DNA of 64,000 nt from Octopus vulgaris. Lineage: Eukaryota. The first letter of the stretch is position 1, and the number at the start of each line of letters is the position of its first letter. Positions 13,468 through 28,600 of this stretch are shown here, one piece after another. A program made the position numbers and the translations under genes. Below the pieces are notes generated by a model that saw nothing but the letters and a program-made list of their open reading frames with translations, searched no databases and was not told the origin of the DNA. Where the stretch lies: contig OX597816.1 in the NCBI GenBank assembly GCA_951406725.2, forward strand, positions 51,708,001-51,772,000, written 5' to 3'.

Positions 13468-14435
13468 ATATAATACAATATAGATGCTCACATATTAATA
13501 CATTTCAAGCCAGGCACATATCTACATCATGCATCCAAATAAATACACAATCATATAAATAAAATTATGGTCGGTCGAAGATGAGTAGAGAGTGTATCAT
13601 TTTCGTGCTAGTATTCTATAATTCAATAATTTTAAATGTTTTATGAACCGAGGTAAATTCTTGATATTTAATGAATTTATTTTGGTATAATATTTATATA
13701 AGTAATTATTTTATTTCAGCTGCCATTTTAAGTTGTTACGTGGTAAAGATATAATATGATTATAAAATGTTTGAATTAATACAGCACTGTAATTAAAATT
13801 TTCAAATATATTGGCTATTATTAATATGAAATGGGTGTATGTTTCGAGTCGTTTCGGCTGTTGAGTTTCCTTTTTTGTACTCATAAAACATTATGTGCTT
13901 TAAATACTCTTTGGATACTTCCGTAACTAGAAAGAGTTTTAATCAAAGAAATTTTAATTCTATTTCGTTTAAATGTATACAAATACATAAAAATAATTAA
14001 TTCCATTAATTCTAAAATACTATTAAATTTCATTTAAAACAGGTAAAAACGGACAGAACTTATGGGATGACTTGATAGATGAAAATATAGGAGGACATCT
14101 AACCCAAATGTTATCGGGCGTGCATCCAAATTCTCAACTTTTTTATATACGGTTAGAAAACAAAATCTTGTGTCCACACCAAAGAAAATTGTCTATGGCA
14201 CTCTCATTTAATTAGAATATTTACCATGTGTTTGTATGAAACAATAGTGGAAGAAATAGTGCGACTAAGTGTATTTTTTTGTTTTGTAATATTCACTCGC
14301 TCATATTCCCCGGAATGAGACAGAAGTGTTTGTCGGAGAATATCTACGACTTCAGCACCCCCAATTTTTGGTATCTTAAGTCTCCAAGTTACAATTTCAT
14401 GGACGCACGCGCATATATATACATATATACATACA

Positions 14436-14822
<387 letters not shown>

Positions 14823-16138
14823 GTGTGTGTGTTACTTTGTATTTATTACATCTTTAATTGGGTAAATTTTATTTCTATACAAAAATGACATTCATTTAAT
14901 ACATGTTGTCAAGATCTTCCTTTGCTAAGGAAATGTAGCTGTTAAGCATTATCTGTACATTCATAAATTTAATTGAAGTATTACTAGCGGGATACTTTCA
15001 TATGACTACAGAGATAAAATAGTAAAATTGAATATTGCATCATAGGAAATAAATTGCATTGTATACGATTTTTATTAGTTCATAGTATATTGTTATTAGT
15101 TATCTGATTGTAGCTGATATTTTCCATATGGACTAATAAAGTTTGCTCTGTAAAATCTGATCTCATATCTCACTAAATCAATACAAATATTAGTTCTACT
15201 GATACAATGGTATGTTCATTTGGTCTCTGTTCTCTAGCAACTCCAAACAATCTCTGAGAATAAGCTTTGAAATAATGAAGTTGTAAATAAATTTGAAATA
15301 TATACAAATATTTAGAGAAAATATAGTTCGCAATATACTTCGTTGACTAATCACGACCTGAAGATACATTGGTTAAGATATAATCCCTTTGTCAGATAAA
15401 TTTCACATTATATCTTGTAAATATATCTGTGACTACTGGGTATTTTCAAAGTCTCGAGTATTTAAAGGTATAAAGAGATAGATTTTATTCATTTTGCCAA
15501 AAATGTTATTCATTTCAACAAGCACATAATATCGAACTAATATCGATCCATAGTATGTTTGATAAATCAGACAATAAGAGTGTTGTACTCACATATATTC
15601 GCTGCCTAATCAAGTATAAGTGGATTATATACGTGTGTGTATGTTTTTAAACCCGGTTGTCAGCAGATCACTGACAGCAAGAATATTGCGTAAATCGAGA
15701 GCAAATCCCGATCACTTATTTCATTGTGAATTCTGTTAAATGCACCCAAGGAAAATATGGGAAATAAAGTAGGCACTTGTATTTCTTTTTCTTTGTCGTT
15801 CTTGGAGAAAATTTATACACATACTAAAATGTTTTCTGAAAAGAGATAATCAGATTCGGAAATCTACCCTTTACACATTTCATAAGGTATTTATTTATTT
15901 TTTCGCTGTACGCAAATACAACCAATAAACTATTTTTATGTATAACTGCAGATAGCGTATGATTCTTTATTACATTTTGTAGCAGTTGTCCTTTAGCCCC
16001 AGTCCATCTAGAAAAGAGCCAAACTATGTAAAAACACTACCTTGTCAAAACCATCCTGTATCCTTCTAGGTTAGCATACATAGAACATGATATAAGATTA
16101 TAATCTAAATAAGCTGATTCGGTAATAGGCCAGCAATG

Positions 16139-16183
<45 letters not shown>

Positions 16184-16230
16184 TATACATATATATATAT
16201 ACATATACACATATATATATATATATACAC

Positions 16231-16285
<55 letters not shown>

Positions 16286-16303
16286 CATACATACATACAT
16301 ACA

Positions 16304-16338
<35 letters not shown>

Positions 16339-18972
16339 GCGCACACTACACTGGAAGTGGGTTGCACTGCATTCACTGGCCATATATCATATCTGACATG
16401 GGGTTCAATCGTAATCAATTTCGATGTAATCTGACCCATTATTAACATGTGTTACTGAAAATATGCACTTTTATCACCTCTTTGTATTCCGATATAACCC
16501 CTGTAATATATCCTAGCTTTAGCTGATTCGGTGTAGGAACATGTATGCTGTTATAGAACTTGCTAGAAAGAGTAGCTAAATACAGGATATCACCTTTAAA
16601 ATGAAGGCTCATACCATGCTTTAATAAAAGATTGTATAATTTCAATTGTATCACATTCGGTCATAGTTCTATCCCATAAGGTTTGTTTCGAGGCTAAGTA
16701 AAAAAATGAAATGTGAAAATTTCGTTTGATTCTGATAATGGCTTCATGGTGTGTTGAAAGTTTAGTGAGGTTACTTTCCCTATTTAATGGACAAGTGACG
16801 TAAAGGAACAAAATCTTAACTGCTTTATGGAGCTTTTAGCAATTTATTTCATTGATACGCTTTGTGCATGTAAGTGCATGTGTGCGTTTGCGCGTGTGTA
16901 CTTGTCTGTGCGTACGTGTTTGTAGCTACAAAACTTATGATCTCAAACTTTTCAATCTAATATAAATCCAAATGTTATAATTCAAAATAAAGAGCAATTA
17001 AACTGACAAAACAGGGAATCAGTCATTAGAAACTAATTGAACTCACCACCCACCCATGTAAGAAAAGCGAATGAGCTTACGGCTATTATCTATCCTTCGA
17101 TTCACTTTATAATCTAGCTTTTGTTCTTTAGTGATATTTTTATTAGAATTCACTACAAAAGTTTATAGCGAACAAAACATTACAATTACAATATGTCTTT
17201 ATAGCACATGATCGGGGGTACTAATGGAGAACATTTACTTTAAACATGTGCCCTACTAAAATAAATTGTAATTAACCTTACTGAGAGTATGAATAATTAA
17301 CTGTAGTTAATTTGTTGCATGATGGATTTTAATGGAATTCGTTACAATCGATAAAGGATAGTGGATTTTAAAGTGATAAACTTAAATGGTCTATATGTAA
17401 TTTATACAAACTCAAGAGAGACTGCCAACTCATAGTAATTGCAACCTATTAATAAAACCATTAAGTAGAAGAGCGGTCGTGAGAAAGATAGAGTACTTCG
17501 TCAGCATTTAGCATGTTTTTCGTTCCCTTTTATTGATGTAATTTAAACCCAGGTTTTACCTGATCGAGCCGAGCTATCTTCAAAGACATTTATGCCATAT
17601 CAATTCCACGTTATTATCAGGAATTGTGTATCTAGAAACACATGATCCAATATTGTTCCCTGTTTGATAAAAACAGGATTTGAGGAGAATCGAATGTTAT
17701 TTTGTTAGATTTGAGAAGAATCGGATGCTACTTTGTCAACTAGATTAAAAATATAAACGTGTTTTTTCTTTGCTTTTTTTTTTATTTTGTAGCGATTTCA
17801 TTATATGCGGCTTAGTTTACCAAGTATGTAAGACTCTTTTGTTATCAAAAAAAAACAATAGTAATAAAATGTTTAACGCGGGAGATCTTTTGATTTTAAA
17901 TACATATATCCCTACAAACATAAGAGGAATACAATTATTGAGCTATTAATTCTCCACTATTATTTCCACGAGTGGGCCTGGAACTTAAAATTTAAAATTA
18001 GTTGATACAAAAAACGAGGAAAAGAGAAATTACATGTTTATATTGTCAGAAATAAGCAAGATGTAAAACATCTTGCGAGCAAAACATACATTCGGAATAT
18101 TTGATCGTCGCGCGTATCACATTTATTTTAGAAAAAAAGCGAAATTTACTTCTGTAAAGCATTTGAAAATATACTTATAATGCAAATTACAAATTATATT
18201 CAAATATATCACGGAAGACAACTATTTCGCAACGTGAAACATGGTGAGGGGACACCATTATTTAGAGGAAGTATGTAATGCACAATCTTTTGTATAGAAG
18301 CCAACCCTGAAAATGTTAACTGGTAAAGAAAGGTAATGAATGCCAAGTGAGCTGAAATTATGAGCCACTGAGAAAAGTTAAAATGAAATTGATATACAAA
18401 TTCTATAATATGTTAATCGGTTGTATATAATTAACGTTGAAAACTGGTGTGTGTGTACTTGTGTACTTCGTAGTGTATGTCTACTTCAATCAATAGTACT
18501 TTATTCATTATCCCACTAAGTACGTCAATGACGTAACTCTGGGCTGTCATTAAGCTGCAAATATTTCGGAGAATCATTAGATATCTGATATGCTGTTCAT
18601 GACTTTCTCAAAGATTAAATTAATAAATGAAGCTAATTGGAAGACCGACACTCTGAAAGAGAGTCAGAGTTTCACTTGCTTCCTATCAGCCTACACTTCT
18701 CTTGCCAAGCTAATAATGCTAGCAAACTAGCATCTACGAATATATATATAAGAATAAATAGGGTAGCTATTAGTCAAGTTGGAAAATTAATAAATGTGAC
18801 TCACTTGTTATAAAGAACAATGTCTGGCAGCCAAAGCAATCTTGCTGGAATACGGACAATAGACATATCTCCAAAGTCAGACTGGTTCCAACTTATGCGT
18901 TCGTCCTTCCATTCCTGCATAAAAATAAAATTAATGAACATAATATTTATGAAGTCCATACATCATATAAAG

Positions 18973-19009
<37 letters not shown>

Positions 19010-19134
19010 TGTGTGTGTGTGCCTGTGTGTGCGTGTGTGTGTGTGTAGAATGTTGAAAAGGAACACGTGAGTTCATATATATAGGAAAAAAGTCAAGCTA
19101 GAAAATGCTAAAATAATTTTATAAAAAAACATGT

Positions 19135-19170
19135 CAGTACCGGTTTCAGTCATTGAGACTTTTTCAACTG
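19135..19170 (-). ncRNA. Minimal type I hammerhead, U3-A8 core
   Basis: CAG-TTGAAAA-AGTC tcaat GACT-GAAA-CCGG-TA-CTG, with palindromic stem III ACCGGT and a GUA triplet. Confidence 0.8.
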
Positions 19171-19332
19171 TAAGTATGAAAAACAATTAAATTTTGGAAA
19201 AATTAAAAGAAAATTTTTTAAAAGAATATTTGCATAGTATTCAAATACAAGGGGCATTTTCCCTGTTTCTGCCTGTCTCTGTCTCCCTTGTTTACTCTTG
19301 TGGGTTCGAGGTCGTTGTGAATTCTTGGTAGC

Positions 19333-19463
19333 GAAGAAGAAGAAGAAGAAGAAGAAGAAGAAGAAGAAGAAGAAGAAGAAGAAGAAGAAGAAGAAGAAGA
19401 AGAAGAAGAAGAAGAAGAAGAAGAAGAAGAAGAAGAAGAAGAAGAAGAAGAAGAAGAAGAAGA
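19333..19463. repeat. (GAA)n microsatellite
   Basis: Pure run of about 43 units. Confidence 0.99.
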
Positions 19464-20123
19464 AATAGTGAAATGTATGATAACATCACAGTTAATCTTT
19501 ATTTTGCCCAAATTTTGTTCCAGAAGTAGAAGAAGTAGAAGAAGAAAAAAGAGGAGGAGGAAGAGGAGGTGGAGGAGAAGAAGAAAGCAGGGGTGTCGTG
19601 ATAGTAGTAGGATGTTAAATGGTGAATGCCCTGAAAGTGACCTGTTGTGGATGTTAGTAATAGTGATTGAGTTCTTGAGACATCTCTTTTGAATGTATTG
19701 TTTATAGAATTTGCGTAGGTGTTATTCTAAACAGCAATAATGGTAAAGTTAGAAAGGAGGTGCGGAGAGGAAAAAGACGAAGAAGAAGAAGGAGAAAGAG
19801 AAGGAAGAATTAGAAGGGAATGCAGCTGGGATGATAATAGTAGGATGTTAAATGGTCAAGTGACCTAAAAGTGATCCGGTATGGATTATAGCAGTGATTG
19901 AGAATTCTTGGGAATCTCTTGAGTGTATTATTTATAAGATTTGCGTGTGTGTTTGTGTTATTCTAAGACCGTGGTGGATACGTCGTTTCTTGTTGATGCG
20001 TTCAAAAGGGATATGTATTTTGTAATAAGGAGAGTATGTTTACTAATTCGTTGGCTACAGGTTGTATCGTCCCTGAATTGGTAGAGGAGAAAAATTATGA
20101 AGCTTGGATTTTTGTTAGAAAAT

Positions 20124-20632
20124 ACGAACATTTCAGAGTATTTGGGTGTCAATTTGAGAACAGTGCAGAAGATTCGGAAAGGGTTAGATTAGTCTATTGA
20201 TGATTACAAAGGTACGACAACTCGGAAGACTCACTCTGATTGTTCTGATAAGAAACGAACTCCTGAATTTGTTGTTAAGATTCAGGCCATGTTTGGCAAC
20301 GACCCCTGCAAGTCAGTTAGGTCCATAACCAAGGGACATGGGAGCGTCTTAGTTTCTTATTGGGCAGACAGTGCATGAAAACATTCAATATTCCTCATAC
20401 CAGATGGTAAAGGCACAAGAGGAAAGACCGCGCTACGAAGCCGTTGAAGAAACTCAATCAATCCCTCCAAACGAACGTGGTTTTGTTTCACTCAGATGGT
20501 GAACTGTGCTGTGTCCACAGAATATGTACCGAGATTGATAAAAATAAGACATCCATTCTGCTTCATGATGTTTGGAGTGATCTCTAGTGATGCCTCCATT
20601 CATCTTGCCCCACGGCGTTACACTCGACACTC
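20124..20632 (+). mobile_element. Tc1/mariner (maT-like) transposase remnant
   Basis: TNISEYLGVNLRTVQKIRK...KKRTPEFVVKIQAMFGNDPCKSVRSI...RHPFCFMMFGVISSD..PPFILPHGVTLD, with stops and frameshifts. Confidence 0.8.
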
Positions 20633-20669
20633 GACTGTCAGGTGACTTTTGCCCAATCCTACATACATA

Positions 20670-20702
<33 letters not shown>

Positions 20703-20709
<7 letters not shown>

Positions 20710-21200
20710 TTTATATATAGAGGGCATTATTATACATACATGCCACACGCTAAGAGGGACAAAATTAGTCATTTCTACCAAAAATTTTACTAATGCTTTC
20801 CCGAAATGCAATTCGTAAAAGTCTGCCATTTACCGGATGTAATATATGTAAACTCAACCATGTGCTTCGTTGATGTTGATCAGTTAGTTAGCTGCTCGGC
20901 TTAGACGAGGTAGGGTCGTTTATATATAATACGTCCAGGCTTGCTGATGAATACAGAGGTATGAAATCACAGGTGATACAAGTCCATATTTTTAAATGTC
21001 TTACTTTGAAAAATTGCATTCGGTGGGATTAGAAAATTTTTTGGTAGAAATGACTAATTTTGTCCCTCTTAGCGTGTGGCATGTATGTATAATAATGCCC
21101 TCTATATATAAATTAATATGTTCAATAAGAAAGAATTATTTTCGAAATTTTTTCTTTTATGAGGTCTTTCACGCTATCTACCCGATAATTTCTTGTTAAG
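20703..21200 (+). mobile_element. PLE-like pLTR with ~110-bp inverted arms enclosing a hammerhead
   Basis: Arms 20703-20812 and 21012-21119 are near-perfect inverted repeats; TA tracts lie on both sides. Confidence 0.75.
20939..20983 (+). ncRNA. Type I hammerhead ribozyme, canonical core
   Basis: gCTTG-CTGATGA-ATAC agag GTAT-GAAA-TCAC ag GTGA-TA-CAAGt; all three stems pair; AUA triplet. Confidence 0.88.
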
Positions 21201-21228
21201 TTTTCCTTATTAAGAAGTTGTCCTTAAT

Positions 21229-21570
<342 letters not shown>

Positions 21571-21734
21571 GGTTGGCTGTGTGGTAAGTAGCTTGCTAAC
21601 CAACCACATGGTTCCGGGTTCAGTCCCACTGCGTGGCATCTTGGGCAAGTGTCTAGTGCTATAGCCCCGGGCCGACCAATGCCTTGTGAGTGGATTTGGT
21701 AGACGGAAACCGAAAGAAGCCTGTCGTATATATG

Positions 21735-21785
<51 letters not shown>

Positions 21786-22000
21786 TTGTGTGTCCCCCTA
21801 GCATTGCTTGACAACCGATGCTGGTGTGTTTACGTCCCCGTCACTTAGCGGTTCGGCAAAAGAGACCGATAGAATAAGTACTGGGCTTACAAAGAATAAG
21901 TCCCGGGGTCGATTTGCTCGACTAAAGGCGGTGCTCCAGCATGGCCGCAGTCAAATGACTGGAACAAGTAAAATAGATAAAAGAGAAAAGAGAAAGAGAA
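21571..22000 (+). mobile_element. SINE family A, near full length (tRNA head, CORE-like ttgggcaagt, internal TA/TG tract)
   Basis: High identity to copies at 31727, 36121, 45692 and 53414; purine-rich tail. Confidence 0.93.
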
Positions 22001-22054
22001 TACGCATATATACATGTATGTATGTATGTATGTATCTATGCATGTATGTATATA

Positions 22055-22404
22055 CAGGGTAAAAAATTTTATATAAGAAATAGTTTATAAGATTCCCTTG
22101 ATCACCTGATCAGACACTCTTGATTTGTATCTTTGGCGGTATTTGAAAGACACGGGGTATCGTGGAAAGATAAAAACATAAAACATTTGAAGGAATGCAT
22201 CACCAATTCATTTGCACAAGTATCACCGGATGTGCTATTACGACTTCACAATGAGAGGGGTAAACCTATTGCAATGTGTATTCAAAACAATGGTAACCAT
22301 GTAGAGCCTGTTAAGTAAAAACCATATAGAACCCGTTCTTATAAACTCTGTTTCTTATAAAAAGATAAATTATTCTTATGCATGGCGACTTTTGAATCAC
22401 CTTG
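22055..22404 (+). mobile_element. Internally deleted Tc1/mariner element
   Basis: TA-CAGGGT...ACCTTG-TA ends. C-terminal transposase motifs SPD..LDLYLWRYLKD and HLKECITNSF...[10 protein letters not shown]. Confidence 0.85.
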
Positions 22405-22475
22405 TATATACATACATATATAAATATATATACATAACTACATATATATATATATACACACACAGACACACACAC

Positions 22476-22552
<77 letters not shown>

Positions 22553-23037
22553 CAATAAAGAAAGCAGCTAAATCAATTCTTAAAATCTACACTTGCAAGA
22601 AAATTCTAATAGATTCCATTTCATAGCTACATTTTTATGAATATTCAATTTTCACTTACGATTCAAGATTTCGATTACACTTTTCAAACATAGGACTAAT
22701 GTTTTATTCAATATACATTTGTATCATATCTTCTCTATTCTTTCTAAGTAAAATTATATCTCCTTTGCAGTCTCTCTTTTCCACGTTTGCGTATTTATCA
22801 TTTCTATTCCAATCAGTCTTTCTATTTCTATATCCTCATAAACGTTACCTACGTACTGTTATCTTCATCATTTTTTCAACGTATCTCACTAGTCAGTATT
22901 CGTCTATTCTTTCCATAATGAAAATTTTGGTCATTCCTCTCCTTTCGTAATTTCCTTGAATATATTTTGTCTTTACGCTATATAATAATTTACAGTATAT
23001 TTCTTCAAATACAACGTTGTCTCACGCCTTCGGGTTT

Positions 23038-23081
<44 letters not shown>

Positions 23082-23102
23082 ATTCTCTCTCTCCTTTTCT
23101 CC

Positions 23103-23163
<61 letters not shown>

Positions 23164-23465
23164 CATACATACATATATATATATGTTTTAATTAAAAAGG
23201 GAAAGAAAATTATTTTTACGATGCTTTCAGATTATTTGAGAACGTTTTTACTCTACCTTTATCATATAAAATTACATGAAAGCTTTTCATTCCAAGTCTC
23301 ATATTTACTAGAGTATACACGCATTGTAGCAGTTTCGTACAAGCAAACATGATATGCAGCAACAGAAAACCACCCGAAAGATTATATACATATATGTGTG
23401 TGTGCTTGTGTGTGTATGTGTGTGTATCTGTTTGTGTGTGCATGTATATGATTTTGTGTATGTAT

Positions 23466-23516
<51 letters not shown>

Positions 23517-23581
23517 TGTATATGTATATATGTATTTATATATATATGTGTATGCATGTATATATATATGTATTATGTATT

Positions 23582-23620
<39 letters not shown>

Positions 23621-24128
23621 ATTTATATATAAAAATGTATATCATGTCCAGTCGTTTATAAATGTATATATGTAATTGTACTAGTGTGTGCGAGTGTGTT
23701 AGTTTGAATACCATCAGCCAAGTATTGGCCTGTAAACTAGTAATTTAAGAATAGGTCTGTAAATATAAAGAAACTTCGTAGATTTCGAACAGTCTTATTT
23801 TCTTTTGTCCAGACGTATAACAAAGAAGTACATTGAAAATATGCTAATATTATTGCAGTATATACATGGTTAATATATGAAATTTACTTCACATTAACAC
23901 GGGTTCAAGCATTTACCATCATTTTTAAAAATACTATATTAACACAATTGAATGCGTGCGTGTATGTGTAAAGATACACTTATGCATTTATACACACACA
24001 CAGAAGAACCCACACAAAGTCACATATATACACACGCAAATACGAACACACAACATACAATATACATGTGTATATTGAGACAATTATAAATTCATATACA
24101 TATACATTCATACACACACATATATAAG

Positions 24129-24160
<32 letters not shown>

Positions 24161-24317
24161 TAACTTTATATGTGTCTATATATTTATGAAAGTATGTAAG
24201 TATATGCATTTATATGAATGCAAACACATACAAAAACACTCTTAGAGTTATTACTTAGTCTTTTTAATATAAGTCGAAGGCAAGTGACAAAGAGATGTAG
24301 GAAGAAAATAACGGCGC

Positions 24318-24349
<32 letters not shown>

Positions 24350-24583
24350 AGAAAGAATATAGGGGTGAGAGAGTGAGTGTGTGTGTGTGGTTTGCCATAT
24401 AAGCAATATGTAATATATGCAAAACCACAAAAGATGGCATAAAATAGATAGTTTATAAAGAAACGGTTACATTTTTCTGTTTCCTTTTGAACAAACATTA
24501 ACACTGAAAAGATTATACATTAGAATAGTAAGTATGCACGAACGTACGTATGTATGTACATATATATATGTATATTTACATAT

Positions 24584-24656
<73 letters not shown>

Positions 24657-24890
24657 GGTACAGTAACATGATTGCATACTTTTGTAGCCATGTGATTGCA
24701 ACATTGTAAATGCTATAAAGAGACGGCAAATCAATAGGAGCGAAACTTCCAATGATTTTATTACTTTCCAGATGTAAATTTGAAAAGTAGTGTAAGCCTG
24801 AATATATTTATATTCATATATGTTTATTAACTTACATTATGTAAACTCATGTTTATACATGAAAATGTCCAGCCACCTACACCCAACCAC

Positions 24891-24936
<46 letters not shown>

Positions 24937-25509
24937 TATATGAGATTTGTGTACGTGTGTGTGTGGAAATTTGTTATATGCAGATATATACATTCGCATA
25001 CACATTTATATATTGAGAGATTTGTGTTTGTGTTTCATCTATTTCACAGTAGCAAAATATATGTGTAAGCTTTATGCAATTTCTTTACCCCCATATAAGT
25101 CAGCTAATCGTACTATATCTCATGTGTATACACATGTTTATGTAGATATGTGCGTTAACCTACCATTATTCTACACGCCCGTAAAACTTAACAAATTCAA
25201 AAACAAATTCCAGAGACAGGATATTGACTCTAAGATTAAATTTATAGAAAACTCTTCGCAAAACTAACTTGACTGACACAACAAAATATTAAATATTACA
25301 AATTTAATAAAAGCCCATACACGTTGGCAACAAAAATTAAATATCTGCATGCAACAGACGAAGAACCACACTGAAATCTGTCTTTAAATACAATGTCTAA
25401 AACTGTTGATGTCAAGCCCAAACCTGTAAAACGCAAGCGATATAGAAGCAGAGTAATTACCAAAACAATTATAGATAGAAGAGTATTCCACGCAAGACTG
25501 TAAGCAATA

Positions 25510-25998
25510 TTGCGACCCCCATTAATGACCATGGCATTGCACCTAGAAAGTTACCCTCCGAGGCACAAGTCTGGGCAAGGTTGTTTATGGAAGACCAGCA
25601 GTCACCCATGCATACCAGCCTCCCCTCCCCACGCCACTGACGTTATCCAAGGGAAAGGCAAAGGCCAATACAGCTTGGCACCAGTGACGTCGCAGCTCAT
25701 TTATTAACGTGCAAGTGGCTGAGCACTCCTAGGACATGTGTACCCTTAACGTACTTCTCGGGGAGATTTATCATGACAGAGAGTGTGACAAGGCTAGCCC
25801 TTTGAAATACAGGTACAGCAGAAACAGGAAGAAAGAGTGAGAGAAAGTTGTGGTGAAAGAGTACAGCAGGATTCACCACTACCCCCTGCTGGAGCCTCAT
25901 GGAGTTTTAGGTGTTTTTGCTCAATAAGCACACACACAATACCTGGTCTGGGAATCGAAATCGCGATCCTATGACCGCGAGTCCGCTACCCTAACCAC
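25510..25998 (-). mobile_element. tRNA-derived SINE family B, long copy
   Basis: Head gtggttagggtagcggactcgcggtc...gatttcgattcccagacc is shared with 141-233 and 48997-49192. Confidence 0.85.
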
Positions 25999-27149
25999 GG
26001 TACGCAATATATTACACGAAGAAAAAACATCAAAAGCTGTCTTAAAAGAATCTCAAAAGGCATTCTGGTCAGTGTACTGAATAGCGAACTCAGTGAAGTT
26101 AGCGAATATGTTCATAGAAACTCTAAAATAGATCAGAAACACAATCTAAAATAGATGAGAAAAATACAGTGGACATCAATTACGTGCTAATTTGACGAGA
26201 TACAGAAAAATCCAAAAAAAAATCACCCAATTTGATATTCTAGAATCCTACCTATCGATTCGAGATCCCTACTAATTAAAGCACTGAAGTTTGCATAAAC
26301 ATTCACCACCATCAATGATAAACACGTAAGCTCAATAATGTATCAGAAGTAGTCTTGCATTTGCTATGTGAAGGCATACATCGAAAACTTTCTCGGCGTT
26401 AGCATGGGTATCTGGAATTTTTACTAAGCTATTAAATCCTTTATTTTAATTCGATATTTCTAGTTACAGAAGCAGCAACTCAACTTTTAGCGGATTCCAA
26501 ATTTCAACATTTTGCTTGCATGTTAGTTAATTGTATCGCCAGATATTTCTATCAAGTGTTTTAAATGAAATGTGTCTATGGTCCTTAGTAAAGGAAATAA
26601 AAGCAATATCGAAAAGCTGCTGTACATGACAGAGTCTAAGGAACCCATAACATAAACAACCCATAACTAAACTCCTCAAATTTACATACTAAGCTTTTCA
26701 ATGTCACCCTCTTTCTCTCCTTCTCTCTCTCCCTCTCTCTCTCTTTCTCTTTCTCCCCCCCTCTCACTCGCTTTATTTCTATCGCTTATCTCTCTGCTCT
26801 GTTTATAATCTTTATTCCTGTTAGTCTTTCTATTTCTATATCCTTATAAATTTTACCCTTTTACTCTTATCCTCATCTGTTATTCAGCATGTTAATTTCA
26901 GGCAATGAAGATACTTTAAGTTTGTTACAACAATTCTAAAAAATATTTTCCTGAAATTATTTCAAATTTGATCCGTTTCTGACTTATTATAAACTTCGCG
27001 TAAGTTCCACGTTGTGAAGAAAGTGACTTCTAATATTTACAGACTCACATATTACTTTCACTTCTATATAAGGAACTGACTCGTTAGAAACGTATCTAAC
27101 GAATATTGTTCATCACTTGTAATATAAAATATAAATAAAATATTAATAT

Positions 27150-28600
27150 CTGGGGCAGAATTAATGGTATGCAACCATTCATCTTATCTCACATCCAAAA
27201 AGAACAGCATCCAATTCATGTCAATGAAGCACATATCACTATACTAGAAATTTTGTTCCATGCAGCACGTTACTAACATGGTCTTTGTTGATCTGTTAGC
27301 ATGCTGCATACTATTTTCGCCTAAACTCAACTGCTACACGCGTATTTCCTCCTATCTGGGCACATAACATACGCATGCCCCATATCTTCTTAACCCCGGC
27401 ACGCTATTGTTATAACGATCTACATCTCTCCAACACAGCCGCCAACATATTTTTTTTTCTACTGGTGGCGTCGACAAACAGATGTTCAAGCCGAAGATCA
27501 AATGTAACAACTTCACCAGTCTCGGAGAGCCTGCGAAGGTCATAGGTGATGCTCTGTCCCCCTGACCAATCCATAAACATTTATTAAAAGAAACGTTATT
27601 TCTAAAGAAATCAACTTTCCTTGAAGACAATAGTCTACAGCTTTATAGAAAACGTCCCCGGAGACAGTGAACTAAATTCAACTAATATACTGTTTATGAA
27701 GATTAATGAATGTTATAGACCATCGTTTAATAATTATCTCAGACACAGAAATATTGGGAGGTGAATATGTTGAGCAGTTTGAAACTATCCCTTCATACTA
27801 TTGGCATCTGTGTTATTGACGTTGCAGTAAGTATTGAATTAAACCGACAAACACAGTGGAATTTGATAAAGAAAATACCGTTTCTTAAGCTTTATAAAGA
27901 AATAGTCATCATTCAGCAATGTAGCAATGCTTCTGTTCTATTATGATATAGTATCATATTGTTCTTATATTAAACAATTCTTCGGGAAAGCAACATGTAT
28001 ATTTATCCACTACCGAAGTACCCATTCCGTTTGTAGGAGTGACATACTTAAGAAAATAATAGTTTTGATATTTTCTGCGTAGTCTTAAAATCTCGCCGAA
28101 ATGCTATCATCAGGTTTACGTCTAGTTTTGTTATGTATATCATTTCGTCTTTAAAGATATAGAAATGTTATTTGTAGTGATTCTAATATGTGATGGAAGG
28201 GATGAATTGAAGAAAATTTCGCTAATATGTATAATGGCTTTAACCACGGTGACTTATGTATGACTTACATCATTAACGCGTCTGGCAAATTTTTGGTTTC
28301 GTATATAAATATACTAACATTAAATGTCGTACACTTGCGTACTGAATCGTTTTTGTTCTCTTTGTGCCATAAGTCTGAGGGTTTTCTAACAATTTTCAAG
28401 TTTGCATTCCTTGGAACCCCTCTGCAACTCGTTGATAGTTTACATTGTAAAGTGTTTGCTCCACGAACATCTCCCAAATTTGAGGGTCTGCTACTTATAT
28501 TCGCACAGCCTCTATCTTGAAACCTTCCCAACTTAGTTGTGAATGTTAGGTGTATAACATCCTTCTTCAACCGATATAGTATTCAGAGTCACAGAGGCTT
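27150..28600 (-). mobile_element. Highly decayed LINE relic (APE/RT, possibly RTE clade)
   Basis: CTTFNV (endonuclease start-like), TII...TPTN and IGQGDRASPMTF (RT QG motif-like) occur in the expected order on the minus strand. Confidence 0.4.

Larger units (their letters stand above)
19047..20120 (-). mobile_element. Penelope-like element 3' remnant with hammerhead
   Basis: HHR near the minus-strand 3' end, which runs into a CA/TA microsatellite. The interior has a (TTC)n tract and a ~232-bp duplication. The left boundary is firm; the right boundary is set by the adjacent Tc1 fragment. Confidence 0.55.

Noticed and set aside
19218-19511. Poly-Ser/Leu ORFs (also 50977-51318)
   Set aside because: Translations of (GAA)n and (TAG)n repeats.
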